Shown here: positions 49,089-58,824 of the stretch, piece by piece | Position numbering within the stretch: the first letter of the stretch is position 1 | Layout of the letters: the number at the start of each line of letters is the position of its first letter | From: Oceanispirochaeta sp. | GTDB taxonomy: Bacteria > Spirochaetota > Spirochaetia > DSM-2461 | NCBI GenBank assembly: GCA_963666275.2 | Contig: CAXXOA010000002.1 | Span: 1,728,001-1,792,000, forward strand | Reading direction: 5' to 3' | Length of the DNA: 64,000 bases | Made by a program: the position numbers and the translations under genes | Notes under the pieces: generated by a model | Told to the model about the DNA's origin: nothing | What the model saw: only the letters and a program-made list of their open reading frames with translations | The model's database searches: none

Positions 49089-51689
49089 ATGAAAAAGAGA
49101 ACAGCCGCTTTCAGATTTTCATTGGTACCGGCTCTTATCCTTCTCTTCTCCCAGGCGGCACTGACTGCTGATAATCCGGGGTTGTTCTCAGAACCGGGCG
49201 TCATTGATCTCACCCGGGCAGATTTTTCAGAAAATCCTATCGTATCACTGGCCGGTCCCTGGCTTTTCAGTCCCGGGAATGACAGGACAGAACAGCTAGA
49301 GATAGCTGTTCCCGGATCCTGGGCAAAAGCCGGCCTCTCCGAGCAGGGATGGGGAGTTTACACCCTGGATATTCTGCTTCCTCCGGGGAATCATGACTTT
49401 TCCCTCCGGTTCGGTAATATATATTCCTCTGCGGAAATCCGTATCAATGGGAATACTGCAAAAACCTTCGGAGTGGTGGGTACCGGGAAAAGCTCCAATA
49501 TTCCCCAATGGAGTCCCTCCCTGATCACCCTGGAAAATCAGAGTGAAATGATCCGTCTTGAAGTTGTAAGCGGAAATTATACCCATGCCAGAGGGGGGAT
49601 CGCCAATCAGGTTGATATTGGTGTTCCCGCTGCTATGAGGTTTCACTGGGAGCTGAGCCGTCTGGTGGAAATCCTTTTCATGGGAATTGTCCTCTGGATG
49701 GGAATCTATCATCTTCTCTTTGCCTTTCTCAGAAGGGAGAGTGCGGCAGAATCCTTCTCTTTTGCGCTGGCCTGTCTGTTTTTTGCTGTCCGCATGATAT
49801 TTGTGGGGAATTTTCAGATCAGCCAGTTCTTTTCCCCCCGGGTCTGGGGACCTTTTCTGCGAGTGGAGTATCTGCTCTATATTCTTTCCACCTATTTTTT
49901 TGTCAGGTTTCTAGCGCTGCTGTATCCCCGGGAGTACCCCCGCCGGGTGGTTACACTGTATCTGGCTGTAACCCTTCTGTACGGAGGGATTGTCCTGGCT
50001 TCTCCCACGCTCTTTTTCACATCCCTCCTTCCGGTTCATCAGATCCTGCTGATCATCAACTTCCTTCTGGCTGTGATCTTTCTGATCCGGGCTGTAAAGG
50101 AAAAGAGAGACGGGTCCGGTCTGATCCTGGCGGGTATGATCATTGTCCTCCTTTCCGGTCTCAATGATGTTCTGATGTACAAAGTACAGACAATCTTTAC
50201 CAACCTGTCCATTCTGGGATCCGTCCTGTTTATGTTTTTCGATTCTTTTGTCCTGACCCGGGGATTCAGCCGGAAATTTGATGAAGCCGAGGTACTTTCC
50301 TTCAGTCTGCAGGATGCCAATAGCAAACTTGACAGGTCCCATCAGGAGATAGAAAAAAAGAACCGGGAGCTCCAGCTGCTGGCAAGTTCTGACCATCTCA
50401 CAGGCCTTCCCAACCGGATGGCCCTGTTTGAACTTGTGGATAAGGAACTCTCCCGTGCCGGAAGGAATGGAAAGAAAGTGGGCATTATTCTGTTTGATCT
50501 GGATAATTTCAAACAGATCAATGATACCTACGGTCATGACAGCGGTGACCTGGTATTGAGGGAAGTCTCCCGGAGATTGAGTGAAGGCCTGAGAAAAGGC
50601 GATACCATTTTCCGTCTGGGCGGGGATGAGTTCACGGTTATTGTTCCGGATATTGCCGAATCGGGAAATCTTAACCGGGTGGCAGAGAAAATTCTCTCCC
50701 TGCTCAATCACCCTGTAGAAATGTCAGGAATACGCTGCCAGATGAGCTGCAGCCTGGGGATCAGCCAGTATCCGGAAGATGGTGATACAGTCAATATCCT
50801 CCTGAAAAATGCGGATATTGCCCTGTATGAAGCCAAAAATCAGGGACGGAACCGGTTCGTCTGGTTTAACAGGCATATGCAGGAAGTGGCGGAGAACCGA
50901 TATAAGCTGATCAGCCGCATGCCCGATGCGCTGGAATCGGGTGATTTTACCCTCCATTTCCAGCCCCAGATGAATATGAAGAATTACAGCCTCTACGGAC
51001 TGGAGGCTCTTATAAGATGGCAGGATTCCAATCTGGGTTTCCTCTCTCCCGCCGATTTTATTCCCCTTATGGAGGAGTCGGGATTCATACACACCCTGGG
51101 AGACTGGATCATGGATGAAGTCTTCCGCATTTCCCTTCCCTGGATCCGGGAGAATCCGGAGCTTCTCATCAGTATCAACATATCCTCCATTCAATTCAGG
51201 TCTCCCGACTTTCTGGAGCGGCTGGACAGAAAGCTGGGTGCAACGGGTTTTCCCACGGAAAATCTCGTCATAGAGCTGACCGAAGGTGTAATCATGAATG
51301 ACAGTGAAAATACATTCAGAAAACTGGCGGGTATCAGGGAGAGGGGAATCCGGATCTCTGTGGATGACTTCGGAACCGGCTACTCCTCTCTGAGCTATCT
51401 GAAACGGTTTCCTCTGGATCATCTGAAAATAGACAAAACCTTTATCTCCGATCTGTTCAAGACAAGCTTCGACAAGGATATTGTGGCCACAATCATAGAT
51501 CTGGCGGGTATTCTGAACCTGGAAGTGGTGGCGGAAGGAATTGAGACCGTATCCCAGCAGGAGTTTCTGGAATCCCGGGGCTGTTATATCCTGCAGGGCT
51601 ATCTGACAGGGAGGCCCGCTCCGGCAGAGGAGATTGACAGGATTGTCAGAGAAAAAGAGGATGTCAGAGAATTCCTTCAGATGCTCTGA
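49089..51689 (+). CDS. 7TMR-DISM-type membrane sensor with GGDEF and EAL domains
   Basis: Signal peptide, extracellular beta domain (LAGPW…VPGSW), about 7 TM helices, RLGGDEF, EALIRW and DDFGTGYSSL. Confidence 0.9.
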   Translation: MKKRTAAFRFSLVPALILLFSQAALTADNPGLFSEPGVIDLTRADFSENPIVSLAGPWLFSPGNDRTEQLEIAVPGSWAKAGLSEQGWGVYTLDILLPPGNHDFSLRFGNIYSSAEIRINGNTAKTFGVVGTGKSSNIPQWSPSLITLENQSEMIRLEVVSGNYTHARGGIANQVDIGVPAAMRFHWELSRLVEILFMGIVLWMGIYHLLFAFLRRESAAESFSFALACLFFAVRMIFVGNFQISQFFSPRVWGPFLRVEYLLYILSTYFFVRFLALLYPREYPRRVVTLYLAVTLLYGGIVLASPTLFFTSLLPVHQILLIINFLLAVIFLIRAVKEKRDGSGLILAGMIIVLLSGLNDVLMYKVQTIFTNLSILGSVLFMFFDSFVLTRGFSRKFDEAEVLSFSLQDANSKLDRSHQEIEKKNRELQLLASSDHLTGLPNRMALFELVDKELSRAGRNGKKVGIILFDLDNFKQINDTYGHDSGDLVLREVSRRLSEGLRKGDTIFRLGGDEFTVIVPDIAESGNLNRVAEKILSLLNHPVEMSGIRCQMSCSLGISQYPEDGDTVNILLKNADIALYEAKNQGRNRFVWFNRHMQEVAENRYKLISRMPDALESGDFTLHFQPQMNMKNYSLYGLEALIRWQDSNLGFLSPADFIPLMEESGFIHTLGDWIMDEVFRISLPWIRENPELLISINISSIQFRSPDFLERLDRKLGATGFPTENLVIELTEGVIMNDSENTFRKLAGIRERGIRISVDDFGTGYSSLSYLKRFPLDHLKIDKTFISDLFKTSFDKDIVATIIDLAGILNLEVVAEGIETVSQQEFLESRGCYILQGYLTGRPAPAEEIDRIVREKEDVREFLQML

Positions 51690-53252
51690 TCAGTCGGAAT
51701 ATGTTTTCTGGATATCTTCAATCTTCTCTTTCAGTTCCATAAAAAGGTCGAGCATCCGGGGATCAAAGGCTTTGCCTCTCTGCTCTTCCAGATAGGCGTA
51801 TACTTTTTCTTTCTGCCAGGCCTCTTTGTAGCATCTTTTGTTGTAAAGGGCATCATAAACATCGACAATTGCCACAGCTCTGGATTCCCAGGAGATCTCC
51901 TCTCCTTTCAGGCCGTGGGGATATCCGGTTCCATCCCATTTCTCATGATGATGCAGGGCAATTTCCGCTGCCATCCGGATCGTCGGGATGGAAGATTCCT
52001 TCAGGATGTTGTGACCTACGGTTGTATGTTTTTTGATATATTCAAATTCCTCTTTCGTCAGTTTGCCCGGTTTCAGAAGGATACTGTCGGAAATGGCAAT
52101 TTTTCCAATATCATGGATGATCCCCGCCAGCGTCAGATCATCATGGAATACTTTTGATTTTTCGCTTTTTTCAGCCATCAGGCCCAGTATCTTTGAGACT
52201 CTCTGAACATGGTATCCCGTCTCTTCGTCCCTGTTCTCTATGGTTCCGCCCAGCATAAGGATGATGCTTTCCATGGCTTCCATCATATTTCTGTTCATAA
52301 ACAGACGGTCAAAGGCAAAGGTATAATTGGTCAGAAAGATCCTGATCAGGTTTTCATTGAGATCGTTCAGGGCTCCTTCCAGATAGATGAGGTTTTCCGA
52401 GCCGTGGAATCCTCTGTAATAGCCTATGAAGCAGCTGTCGTAGCTGTGGTAGAAAAACCTGTTCTCCTTTATCTGCCCGAAAAAGTCCTCCAGGGGAATC
52501 GCGTTGGCCACTGCCTGCAGAGGTTTCTGTACATAGGCTTCGTATTTTCCTGTGGCCGCTATGATGTGATAGTCTTCTTTCAGATTGTAGGCTATAAAGC
52601 CGTTTTCCTGCTGAAACTCTTTGGTCGCCATGAAGGTGTTGTCACTGAAATTGCGGATGCCGTTGAGCTGGTTCAGCAGACCGCTGAAAAAACTCCGGAG
52701 ATTTTCGTGATTGTAGAAATCTGCAGAAGACTCTATGACTTTTTCCAGCCCCTTCTTGTGGATATCGAGTTTTTTAAGATCCCTGTAGTTTCTGAGGGCC
52801 GTATACATGGTTGTAATGAATTTCTGAGCTGTCAGTTCCGATTTGGCCCTGTAGTCGTTGATGTCGTATTCCACAATGACTTTTTCTTCGGGAGCCACTC
52901 CGGGCTGGCCGGTTTTCAGTATGATCCGGGTCATGGAGTTTCTGAGATGATTGCGGACATATTCAACCACCTTCAGGCCGGATGTATCCTCTTCCATCAC
53001 CACATCCAGAAGAATGACGGCTATGTCCGGATTCTCACGCATGATTTTCATTGTTTCAAAACCCGAGTAGGTATCGATGAACTCCAGTTTTGAACCTTCC
53101 AGGTGGAAATCCTTGAGGACCATTTTTGTCACGGTATGGACATCGCTGTCGTCATCGGCAATGATGATTTTATAGGAATATCCGGCAGGAACAGGTTCCG
53201 CCTTTTTTCTGGACGAAGCAAACCTTATAGGATGGGATGATTTGCTGTTCAT
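51690..53252 (-). CDS. Receiver-DUF3369-HD-GYP response regulator (c-di-GMP phosphodiesterase)
   Basis: IADDD, LLDVVME, TGQPG, HDIGK and HHEKWDGTGYP motifs. Confidence 0.92.
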   Translation of the reverse strand: MNSKSSHPIRFASSRKKAEPVPAGYSYKIIIADDDSDVHTVTKMVLKDFHLEGSKLEFIDTYSGFETMKIMRENPDIAVILLDVVMEEDTSGLKVVEYVRNHLRNSMTRIILKTGQPGVAPEEKVIVEYDINDYRAKSELTAQKFITTMYTALRNYRDLKKLDIHKKGLEKVIESSADFYNHENLRSFFSGLLNQLNGIRNFSDNTFMATKEFQQENGFIAYNLKEDYHIIAATGKYEAYVQKPLQAVANAIPLEDFFGQIKENRFFYHSYDSCFIGYYRGFHGSENLIYLEGALNDLNENLIRIFLTNYTFAFDRLFMNRNMMEAMESIILMLGGTIENRDEETGYHVQRVSKILGLMAEKSEKSKVFHDDLTLAGIIHDIGKIAISDSILLKPGKLTKEEFEYIKKHTTVGHNILKESSIPTIRMAAEIALHHHEKWDGTGYPHGLKGEEISWESRAVAIVDVYDALYNKRCYKEAWQKEKVYAYLEEQRGKAFDPRMLDLFMELKEKIEDIQKTYSD

Positions 53253-53405
53253 GGGGCCTCCGGGGTTTTTAAAAATGAATTATTCAATATTTTAAACAAC
53301 GACAGATATATAATTCTTCTGAAATTCTATTATACTAAAAGTAAAGCAAAAATCAGAGTTTTTCCCGCTTAAAAAAAATTATCCAGGGACTCCAGGGGTG
53401 GACCA

Positions 53406-54620
53406 TTGGTGAAAAATGCAAAAAAATGGAGCTTTCTGACAATTACCATTCCCTCTCTTCTTCTTCAGATCATGGCGGCATTTCAGTTCATAATGCTCCA
53501 GAGCTCCATAGCCGGGGGAGACTATTTTTTCTGGCAGTTTGCGGTGTTTCTTTTCCTCTCCGCATCGGTTTCCCTGGGATTACCATTTCTAAAAAAAGGA
53601 AAACCAGTTTTTCTCTGTATCCGGTTTTTTATCATTTTTCTGATCGGTTATCCCATGGCGGACAATCTGACTGTGGAACTGATCCTGATGCTTTCCCTGC
53701 TCATTGAAACCGCCCTGTTTATCTCTCCCCACTGGAATCTTCCCGTTCTTATCGTCTCGGATCTGGGATATCTCTCTTTCCAGAAACCCCTGAACGCCTT
53801 CCATTCGGATCTTCCCGCCCCTCCTATGGAGGAGCTGCTCCTCTATATTATTGTAACTCTGACCGTTATTTTTCTGCTGTATTATATCTCAGTGTTTCAA
53901 CAGAACAGCAGAAAACAGAATATCATCCTTCAGAGACTGGATACGGCAGTCTCCCGTCTGGGAAAAGCCAATATGGGGTATCAGAGCGTGACCAGCAGTC
54001 TGGAACTGGATACGCTGAAAAAGGAGAGGAACCGGGTGTCCCGGGAGATCCATGATACGGTGGGGTACTCTCTCACCAATGTGAGGATTATGCTGGAGGC
54101 CGCCCAGCTGATACGGGGTCAGGATCCGGACAAGGCGGATCAGCTGATCAGAAAATCCATGCAGGAAGCCGCCTCCTGTCTGGAGGAGACCCGCTCGGCC
54201 ATGAGGCAGCTGCGTTCCAAGGAGGTGCAGAAACCCCGGGGCATAAAAGCTTTTTACCATCTGGTCAATGTTTTTGCCGAAGCCACGGGCGTTCAGGTTA
54301 AACTGGAGTTCGGGAATATTCCAGACAGTTTCGGAAACAGGATAGACAAAGCTGTTTTCCGTTTTATCCAGGAAGGATTGACAAATTCCTTCCGTCACGG
54401 GCGGGCCACGGAAATCAGTATCTACTTCTGGATAGAATCGGGTATACTGAAAGTAAGCCTTCAGGACAACGGTTCCGGGGCGGATTCCCTGACCGAAGGG
54501 ATCGGCCTTGCGGGAATGCAGGAGAGGCTCAGCGAATTGGGAGGCGAGATGATCTGGCAGAATTTGAGTGACGGTTTTGAAATCTCCATTATTATTCCTC
54601 TGAACAGGGGGGAGATATGA
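53406..54620 (+). CDS. Membrane sensor histidine kinase (HisKA_3, NarX/DesK type)
   Basis: TM N-terminus, ERNRVSREIHDTVG, QEGLTNSFRH, DNGSG and GIGLAGMQER motifs. Confidence 0.92.
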   Translation: MVKNAKKWSFLTITIPSLLLQIMAAFQFIMLQSSIAGGDYFFWQFAVFLFLSASVSLGLPFLKKGKPVFLCIRFFIIFLIGYPMADNLTVELILMLSLLIETALFISPHWNLPVLIVSDLGYLSFQKPLNAFHSDLPAPPMEELLLYIIVTLTVIFLLYYISVFQQNSRKQNIILQRLDTAVSRLGKANMGYQSVTSSLELDTLKKERNRVSREIHDTVGYSLTNVRIMLEAAQLIRGQDPDKADQLIRKSMQEAASCLEETRSAMRQLRSKEVQKPRGIKAFYHLVNVFAEATGVQVKLEFGNIPDSFGNRIDKAVFRFIQEGLTNSFRHGRATEISIYFWIESGILKVSLQDNGSGADSLTEGIGLAGMQERLSELGGEMIWQNLSDGFEISIIIPLNRGEI

Positions 54621-55312
54621 TACGGGTTCTTCTGGTGGATGATCAGGTCCTGTTTATAGAATCCCTGAAGACCGTTATTGAAATGCAGGCGGAAGATATC
54701 GAAGTGGTGGGACTGGCCTTTGACGGCCATCAGGCTATCAGCAAGGCGGAGGAGCTCAATCCGGATATCATCCTTATGGATGTCAGAATGCCCGGGCTGG
54801 ACGGTGTGAAAGCGGCTATCCACATTCACAGGAATTTTCCCCGGATCAGGATTATGATGCTCACCACTTTCGATGATGATGCCTATGTTCACGATGCCCT
54901 GGCCGGCGGCGCTGTGGGATATCTTCTGAAAAACATGCCCACCTCGGACCTTATGAATTCCATCAGAGCTGTGAACAACGGGACTCTTCAGATCTCTCCG
55001 GATGTGGCCCTTCAGCTGGTTTCGGGAATGGGAAGTTCCCCCGGCACAGACCCGGCCCAGGATCCGGGGGATGAGGCTGTCCATTATGATATTGAAATAC
55101 TCAGCAGACGGGAGAGGGAAGTGCTCTATCTTATGTCCAGAGGGTATGACAATCAGGCTATCGGAGAGAAATTGTTTATTGCTGATCAGACTGTAAAAAA
55201 CCATATAAGCAGGATTTATCATAAGCTGGATCTCCATGACAGGATGTCCGTTATGAAAGCGGCCAGGCACTCTGAACTGAAGGAATACTGCCGCTATCTG
55301 CTGGATGAGTAG
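54617..55312 (+). CDS. NarL/LuxR-family response regulator
   Basis: LVDDQ, LMDVRMP, LTTFDDD and HTH LSRREREV…TVKNHIS. Confidence 0.94.
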   Translation: MIRVLLVDDQVLFIESLKTVIEMQAEDIEVVGLAFDGHQAISKAEELNPDIILMDVRMPGLDGVKAAIHIHRNFPRIRIMMLTTFDDDAYVHDALAGGAVGYLLKNMPTSDLMNSIRAVNNGTLQISPDVALQLVSGMGSSPGTDPAQDPGDEAVHYDIEILSRREREVLYLMSRGYDNQAIGEKLFIADQTVKNHISRIYHKLDLHDRMSVMKAARHSELKEYCRYLLDE

Positions 55313-55328
55313 AGAAATCTGTAATCAC

Positions 55329-55361
55329 TGGTATTGTTTTGGTACTCTTTTGGTACTCCAA
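55329..55361 (+). promoter_or_regulatory. Three 11-bp phased direct repeats, candidate regulator site
   Basis: TGGTATTGTTT / TGGTACTCTTT / TGGTACTCCAA, about 70 bp upstream of the ABC operon. Confidence 0.6.
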
Positions 55362-55428
55362 TGAACTCCTGAGCGGAAATAACCGGGTCTACAATAGTAA
55401 ATGAAGTTTTTTCAAAAGGAGTGAAGAA

Positions 55429-56811
55429 ATGCGTAAAGCTCTTTCTATTCTATTACTTTTTATGAGTGTCTTAATCGTATTAACGGGTTGTCAGAAAAAA
55501 GAAGAACCCGCAGCTGTTGCTGCTGAACCAGAACCTGTAGAATTTGATTACTGGACCAGTCAGGTTCAGTCAGACCGTATGGCAACCATACAGGTTCTGA
55601 TCGATACCTATCAGGCTATGAATCCCAACGTGAAAATTAATCTGATCGGTGTGGAGGAGAATGATCTGGCCACACAGCTCAATACTGCCGCTGCTGCGGG
55701 CAATCTGCCGACTCTCGTGGAATCAGGGGCAGAAAATGCCGTTGCTTTCGGATCAGAAGGGCTCCTGGATGCTCAGGCCGCGACGGAAGCGATTGATATG
55801 ATCGGCCGGGACAGTTTCTATCAGGGAACTCTCAATCTGGTACAGTCCTCCCAGGCGGGATCCTACTATGCCATTCCCTATCACGGCTGGGTTCAGGGTA
55901 TCTGGTACAGGGCCGACTGGTTTGAAGAAGCCGGACTGGAACCCCCCAATACCTGGGAGAATATCCTCAAAGCGGCGGAATACTTCTATAAACCCGACCA
56001 GAACCAGTACGGCATCCTGGTGGGAACCACCGCGGAAGCCTATTCAGAACAGTGTTTTACCCAGTTTGCCATGTCCAACGGAGCCCGTCTGTATGATAAA
56101 AACGGTAATCTGATCTTCAACTCTCCCGAGATGAAGGAAGCCGTAGAGTATTATGCGGAACTGGCCAAATACAATCCTCCCGGACCTCAGACCTGGCGGG
56201 CCAGGGACTACTATCTTCAGGGAAAAATGGCCATGTTCTTCTATTCCACCTATATCATGGATGACCTGGCCCTGGCGGAAGTGGCTGCGGGTTCTCTGAC
56301 CAATGAGAACTTTGCCGAACTGGCAGGAACCAGTTTCGACCCGGACCTGGCGGAAAATACGGGAATGGCCTCGACCATCACCAATACACAGGATGCGGGA
56401 TACGGCGTTGTTCTGGCCCTTTCCATGCCCGATCAGGGCGACCCTGCCAAAACAGAAGCCGCCAAAGACTTTCTGCGCTACCTCTATACACCCAATGCCT
56501 ATATCACCTTCCTGCATATGGCTCCGGGAGGAATGAATCCGGTACTCAAGGGAATCGCTTCCAATGTAAGATTTCAGAACGACCCCAAAGGTATCTTCAA
56601 AAATTACGGTAATGAACGGATGGAGGATATCATCTCCGGGCTGGACAGCATTGAAACCTTCAGCATTGTGGAGGGAAACCGTATTGAAGCGGCCAGTACC
56701 GTTTATTCCAAACAGATTATACCTCAGATGATTTACAAGATTACCCAGGAGGACATGAGTGTGGACAGCGCCATGGCCTGGGCCGAAGCAGAGATGAAAA
56801 AGCTTCAGTAG
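55429..56811 (+). CDS. Sugar ABC transporter substrate-binding lipoprotein (YcjN-like)
   Basis: Lipobox LTGC. GIWYRADW…AGLEPP.TW, EQCFTQFAMSNGA and YSTYI recall E. coli YcjN. Confidence 0.85.
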   Translation: MRKALSILLLFMSVLIVLTGCQKKEEPAAVAAEPEPVEFDYWTSQVQSDRMATIQVLIDTYQAMNPNVKINLIGVEENDLATQLNTAAAAGNLPTLVESGAENAVAFGSEGLLDAQAATEAIDMIGRDSFYQGTLNLVQSSQAGSYYAIPYHGWVQGIWYRADWFEEAGLEPPNTWENILKAAEYFYKPDQNQYGILVGTTAEAYSEQCFTQFAMSNGARLYDKNGNLIFNSPEMKEAVEYYAELAKYNPPGPQTWRARDYYLQGKMAMFFYSTYIMDDLALAEVAAGSLTNENFAELAGTSFDPDLAENTGMASTITNTQDAGYGVVLALSMPDQGDPAKTEAAKDFLRYLYTPNAYITFLHMAPGGMNPVLKGIASNVRFQNDPKGIFKNYGNERMEDIISGLDSIETFSIVEGNRIEAASTVYSKQIIPQMIYKITQEDMSVDSAMAWAEAEMKKLQ

Positions 56812-56868
56812 ATCAATCAATTACAGGGAGGGGGCCTCAGGGGCCTTCTCCTTTCCGGAGTTAATTTT

Positions 56869-57759
56869 ATGAAAATTCTATCTCAGTCAAACAGGCTGGA
56901 TTATAATCGCAATGAAATGTATCTGGGCTGGGCTCTGGTATTTCCCGCTGTCTTTATCATCCTGGCTCTGATCCTCTATCCCATTGTGTACAATATCTAC
57001 CTCAGTTTCTTTGATGTTACTCCCGGCGGGGCCAATACCTATCTGGGACTTGAAAATCACAGGAACGTAGTCACCGATGTCTTTTTCTGGAAGTCCCTGG
57101 GAACCACAGTTCTCTATGTCTTTTTCACCACCTTCGGAACGACTTTTATGGGCCTCATTGTGGCTCTTGTCATGAATAAGGAGTTTCCGCTGCGGGGTCT
57201 TGTGAGGAGTCTGGTTCTCTTCCCCTATGTGGCGCCTGTCATTTCGGTTGTATTCTCCTGGCAGTTTATTTTTGATCCTGTCAACGGCATTGTGATGGAT
57301 ACCCTGGTGGAACGCCTGGGATGGATGTCCGAGAGGGTCAATCTTATCGGAACACCCGCCTCGGCTGTGTGGGTGGCCATCTTTTTCAGTATCTGGAAGA
57401 ATTTTCCCTTTACCTATCTGATGATCCTTTCCCGGCTGCAGGGAATCGATAAAAACCTTTTTGAAGCCGCGGAAGTGGACGGTGCCTCGGGATGGCAGAA
57501 ATTCAAAGCCATTACCCTTCCGGAAATCTACTTTGTGACAGGTTCCATTATACTCCTGCGGGTTATCTGGAATTTCAATAAATTTGACGAAGTCTATCTC
57601 CTGACGGGAACCAATGTGAAGGTCCTGTCGGTCTATACATATCTGAAAGCTTTTGTGGGAACCATGGAGATGGGGCAGGGCTCGGCCCTGGCGCTGATCC
57701 AGTTCATCCTGCTGATCGGATTTATCCTCTTTTATGTAAAGAAGGTGCTCAAATGGTAG
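56869..57759 (+). CDS. Sugar ABC transporter permease (YcjO/MalF-like)
   Basis: EAA loop LFEAAEVDGASGWQKFKAITLP and TM helices. Confidence 0.9.
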   Translation: MKILSQSNRLDYNRNEMYLGWALVFPAVFIILALILYPIVYNIYLSFFDVTPGGANTYLGLENHRNVVTDVFFWKSLGTTVLYVFFTTFGTTFMGLIVALVMNKEFPLRGLVRSLVLFPYVAPVISVVFSWQFIFDPVNGIVMDTLVERLGWMSERVNLIGTPASAVWVAIFFSIWKNFPFTYLMILSRLQGIDKNLFEAAEVDGASGWQKFKAITLPEIYFVTGSIILLRVIWNFNKFDEVYLLTGTNVKVLSVYTYLKAFVGTMEMGQGSALALIQFILLIGFILFYVKKVLKW

Positions 57760-58715
57760 TTAAAAAAAGCATACCCAGAAAAATAGGATTTTTCCTCCTT
57801 GTTCTGATGATTGTCCTGTTCTGCATTTTTCCGTTTTTTCAGATGCTCTCCATGTCGCTGAAATACCAGTGGGACTGGGGAAATCCCTCTCTCATACCGA
57901 CTCAGCTGAATTTCGAAGCCTACAAGGAACTGCTGAATATCGGTCAGTCCCTGAAGAATGTTCCCGAATCGATTATAAACCTTCTGGAGGAGAATCCGGA
58001 TCTGACCAAAGCCCAGAGGGAGAGCATCCTGGCAAAGTATCAGGCCAGCGGCGATGTCTTTCCCTTTCCCCGCTATTTTGCCAACTCCCTGACCCTGGCG
58101 GGGCTTTCGGCTCTTGTGTCTCTCTTTATTGCCATTCTGGGAGCCTACTCCTTCAGCAGGCTCCGGTATCCCGGCCGGTCTACCATCCAGAGAGGAGTCC
58201 TGTTTGTCTATATGTTCGGAGGCATCCTTCTGCTGATTCCCCTGTATAAACTGTTTGTCTCCCTGGGGCTGTTGGCTACGCCGGTGGGAACCTTCCTCTC
58301 CCTGATGGTTATCTATCTGGTTCAGACCCTGCCTGTCTCTCTTTATATGCTGGGAAATTTTTTCCGCACCATCCCCTATTCGATCGAAGAAGCCGCCATG
58401 ATTGAGGGGGCAGGGCGGGTGGGGATCATCTTCCGGATTATTATTCCCCTCTCCATTTCGGCCATTGTGACTGTTTACATCTACTCTTTCATGATCGCCT
58501 GGAATGAGTATATGTTCGCCTCTGTGTATCTCAAAGGTTTCAAAGATCTCTATACCCTTCCCATGGGGCTGCGGGCTCTGTTCCTTTCCAAAAATGCCGT
58601 ATGGGACAGGATTATGTCCGCATCCGTACTGACGGCAACCCCCGTGATTGCCCTGTTTATGCTGATTCAGAAAAACCTGGCGGGCGGAATGGCCGAAGGG
58701 GGCGTGAAAGAGTAA
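57753..58715 (+). CDS. Sugar ABC transporter permease (YcjP/MalG-like)
   Basis: FPFPRYFANS, VYMFGGILLLIPL, IEEAAMIEG and GGVKE motifs. Confidence 0.9.
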   Translation: MVVKKSIPRKIGFFLLVLMIVLFCIFPFFQMLSMSLKYQWDWGNPSLIPTQLNFEAYKELLNIGQSLKNVPESIINLLEENPDLTKAQRESILAKYQASGDVFPFPRYFANSLTLAGLSALVSLFIAILGAYSFSRLRYPGRSTIQRGVLFVYMFGGILLLIPLYKLFVSLGLLATPVGTFLSLMVIYLVQTLPVSLYMLGNFFRTIPYSIEEAAMIEGAGRVGIIFRIIIPLSISAIVTVYIYSFMIAWNEYMFASVYLKGFKDLYTLPMGLRALFLSKNAVWDRIMSASVLTATPVIALFMLIQKNLAGGMAEGGVKE

Positions 58716-58750
58716 AAAAAATTGGAACTCTTGATGAATTCCAGAGCCTG

Positions 58751-58778
58751 GACCGGGACAAAGTTCCGGTCTTTTTTT
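58751..58778 (+). terminator. Intrinsic terminator-like hairpin after the ABC permeases
   Basis: GACCGGGAC-AAA-GTTCCGGTC followed by T7. Confidence 0.65.
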
Positions 58779-58824
58779 ATACTGAATGCATTAATTAAAA
58801 TATGACTAGAAGGGTTTGAAACAC

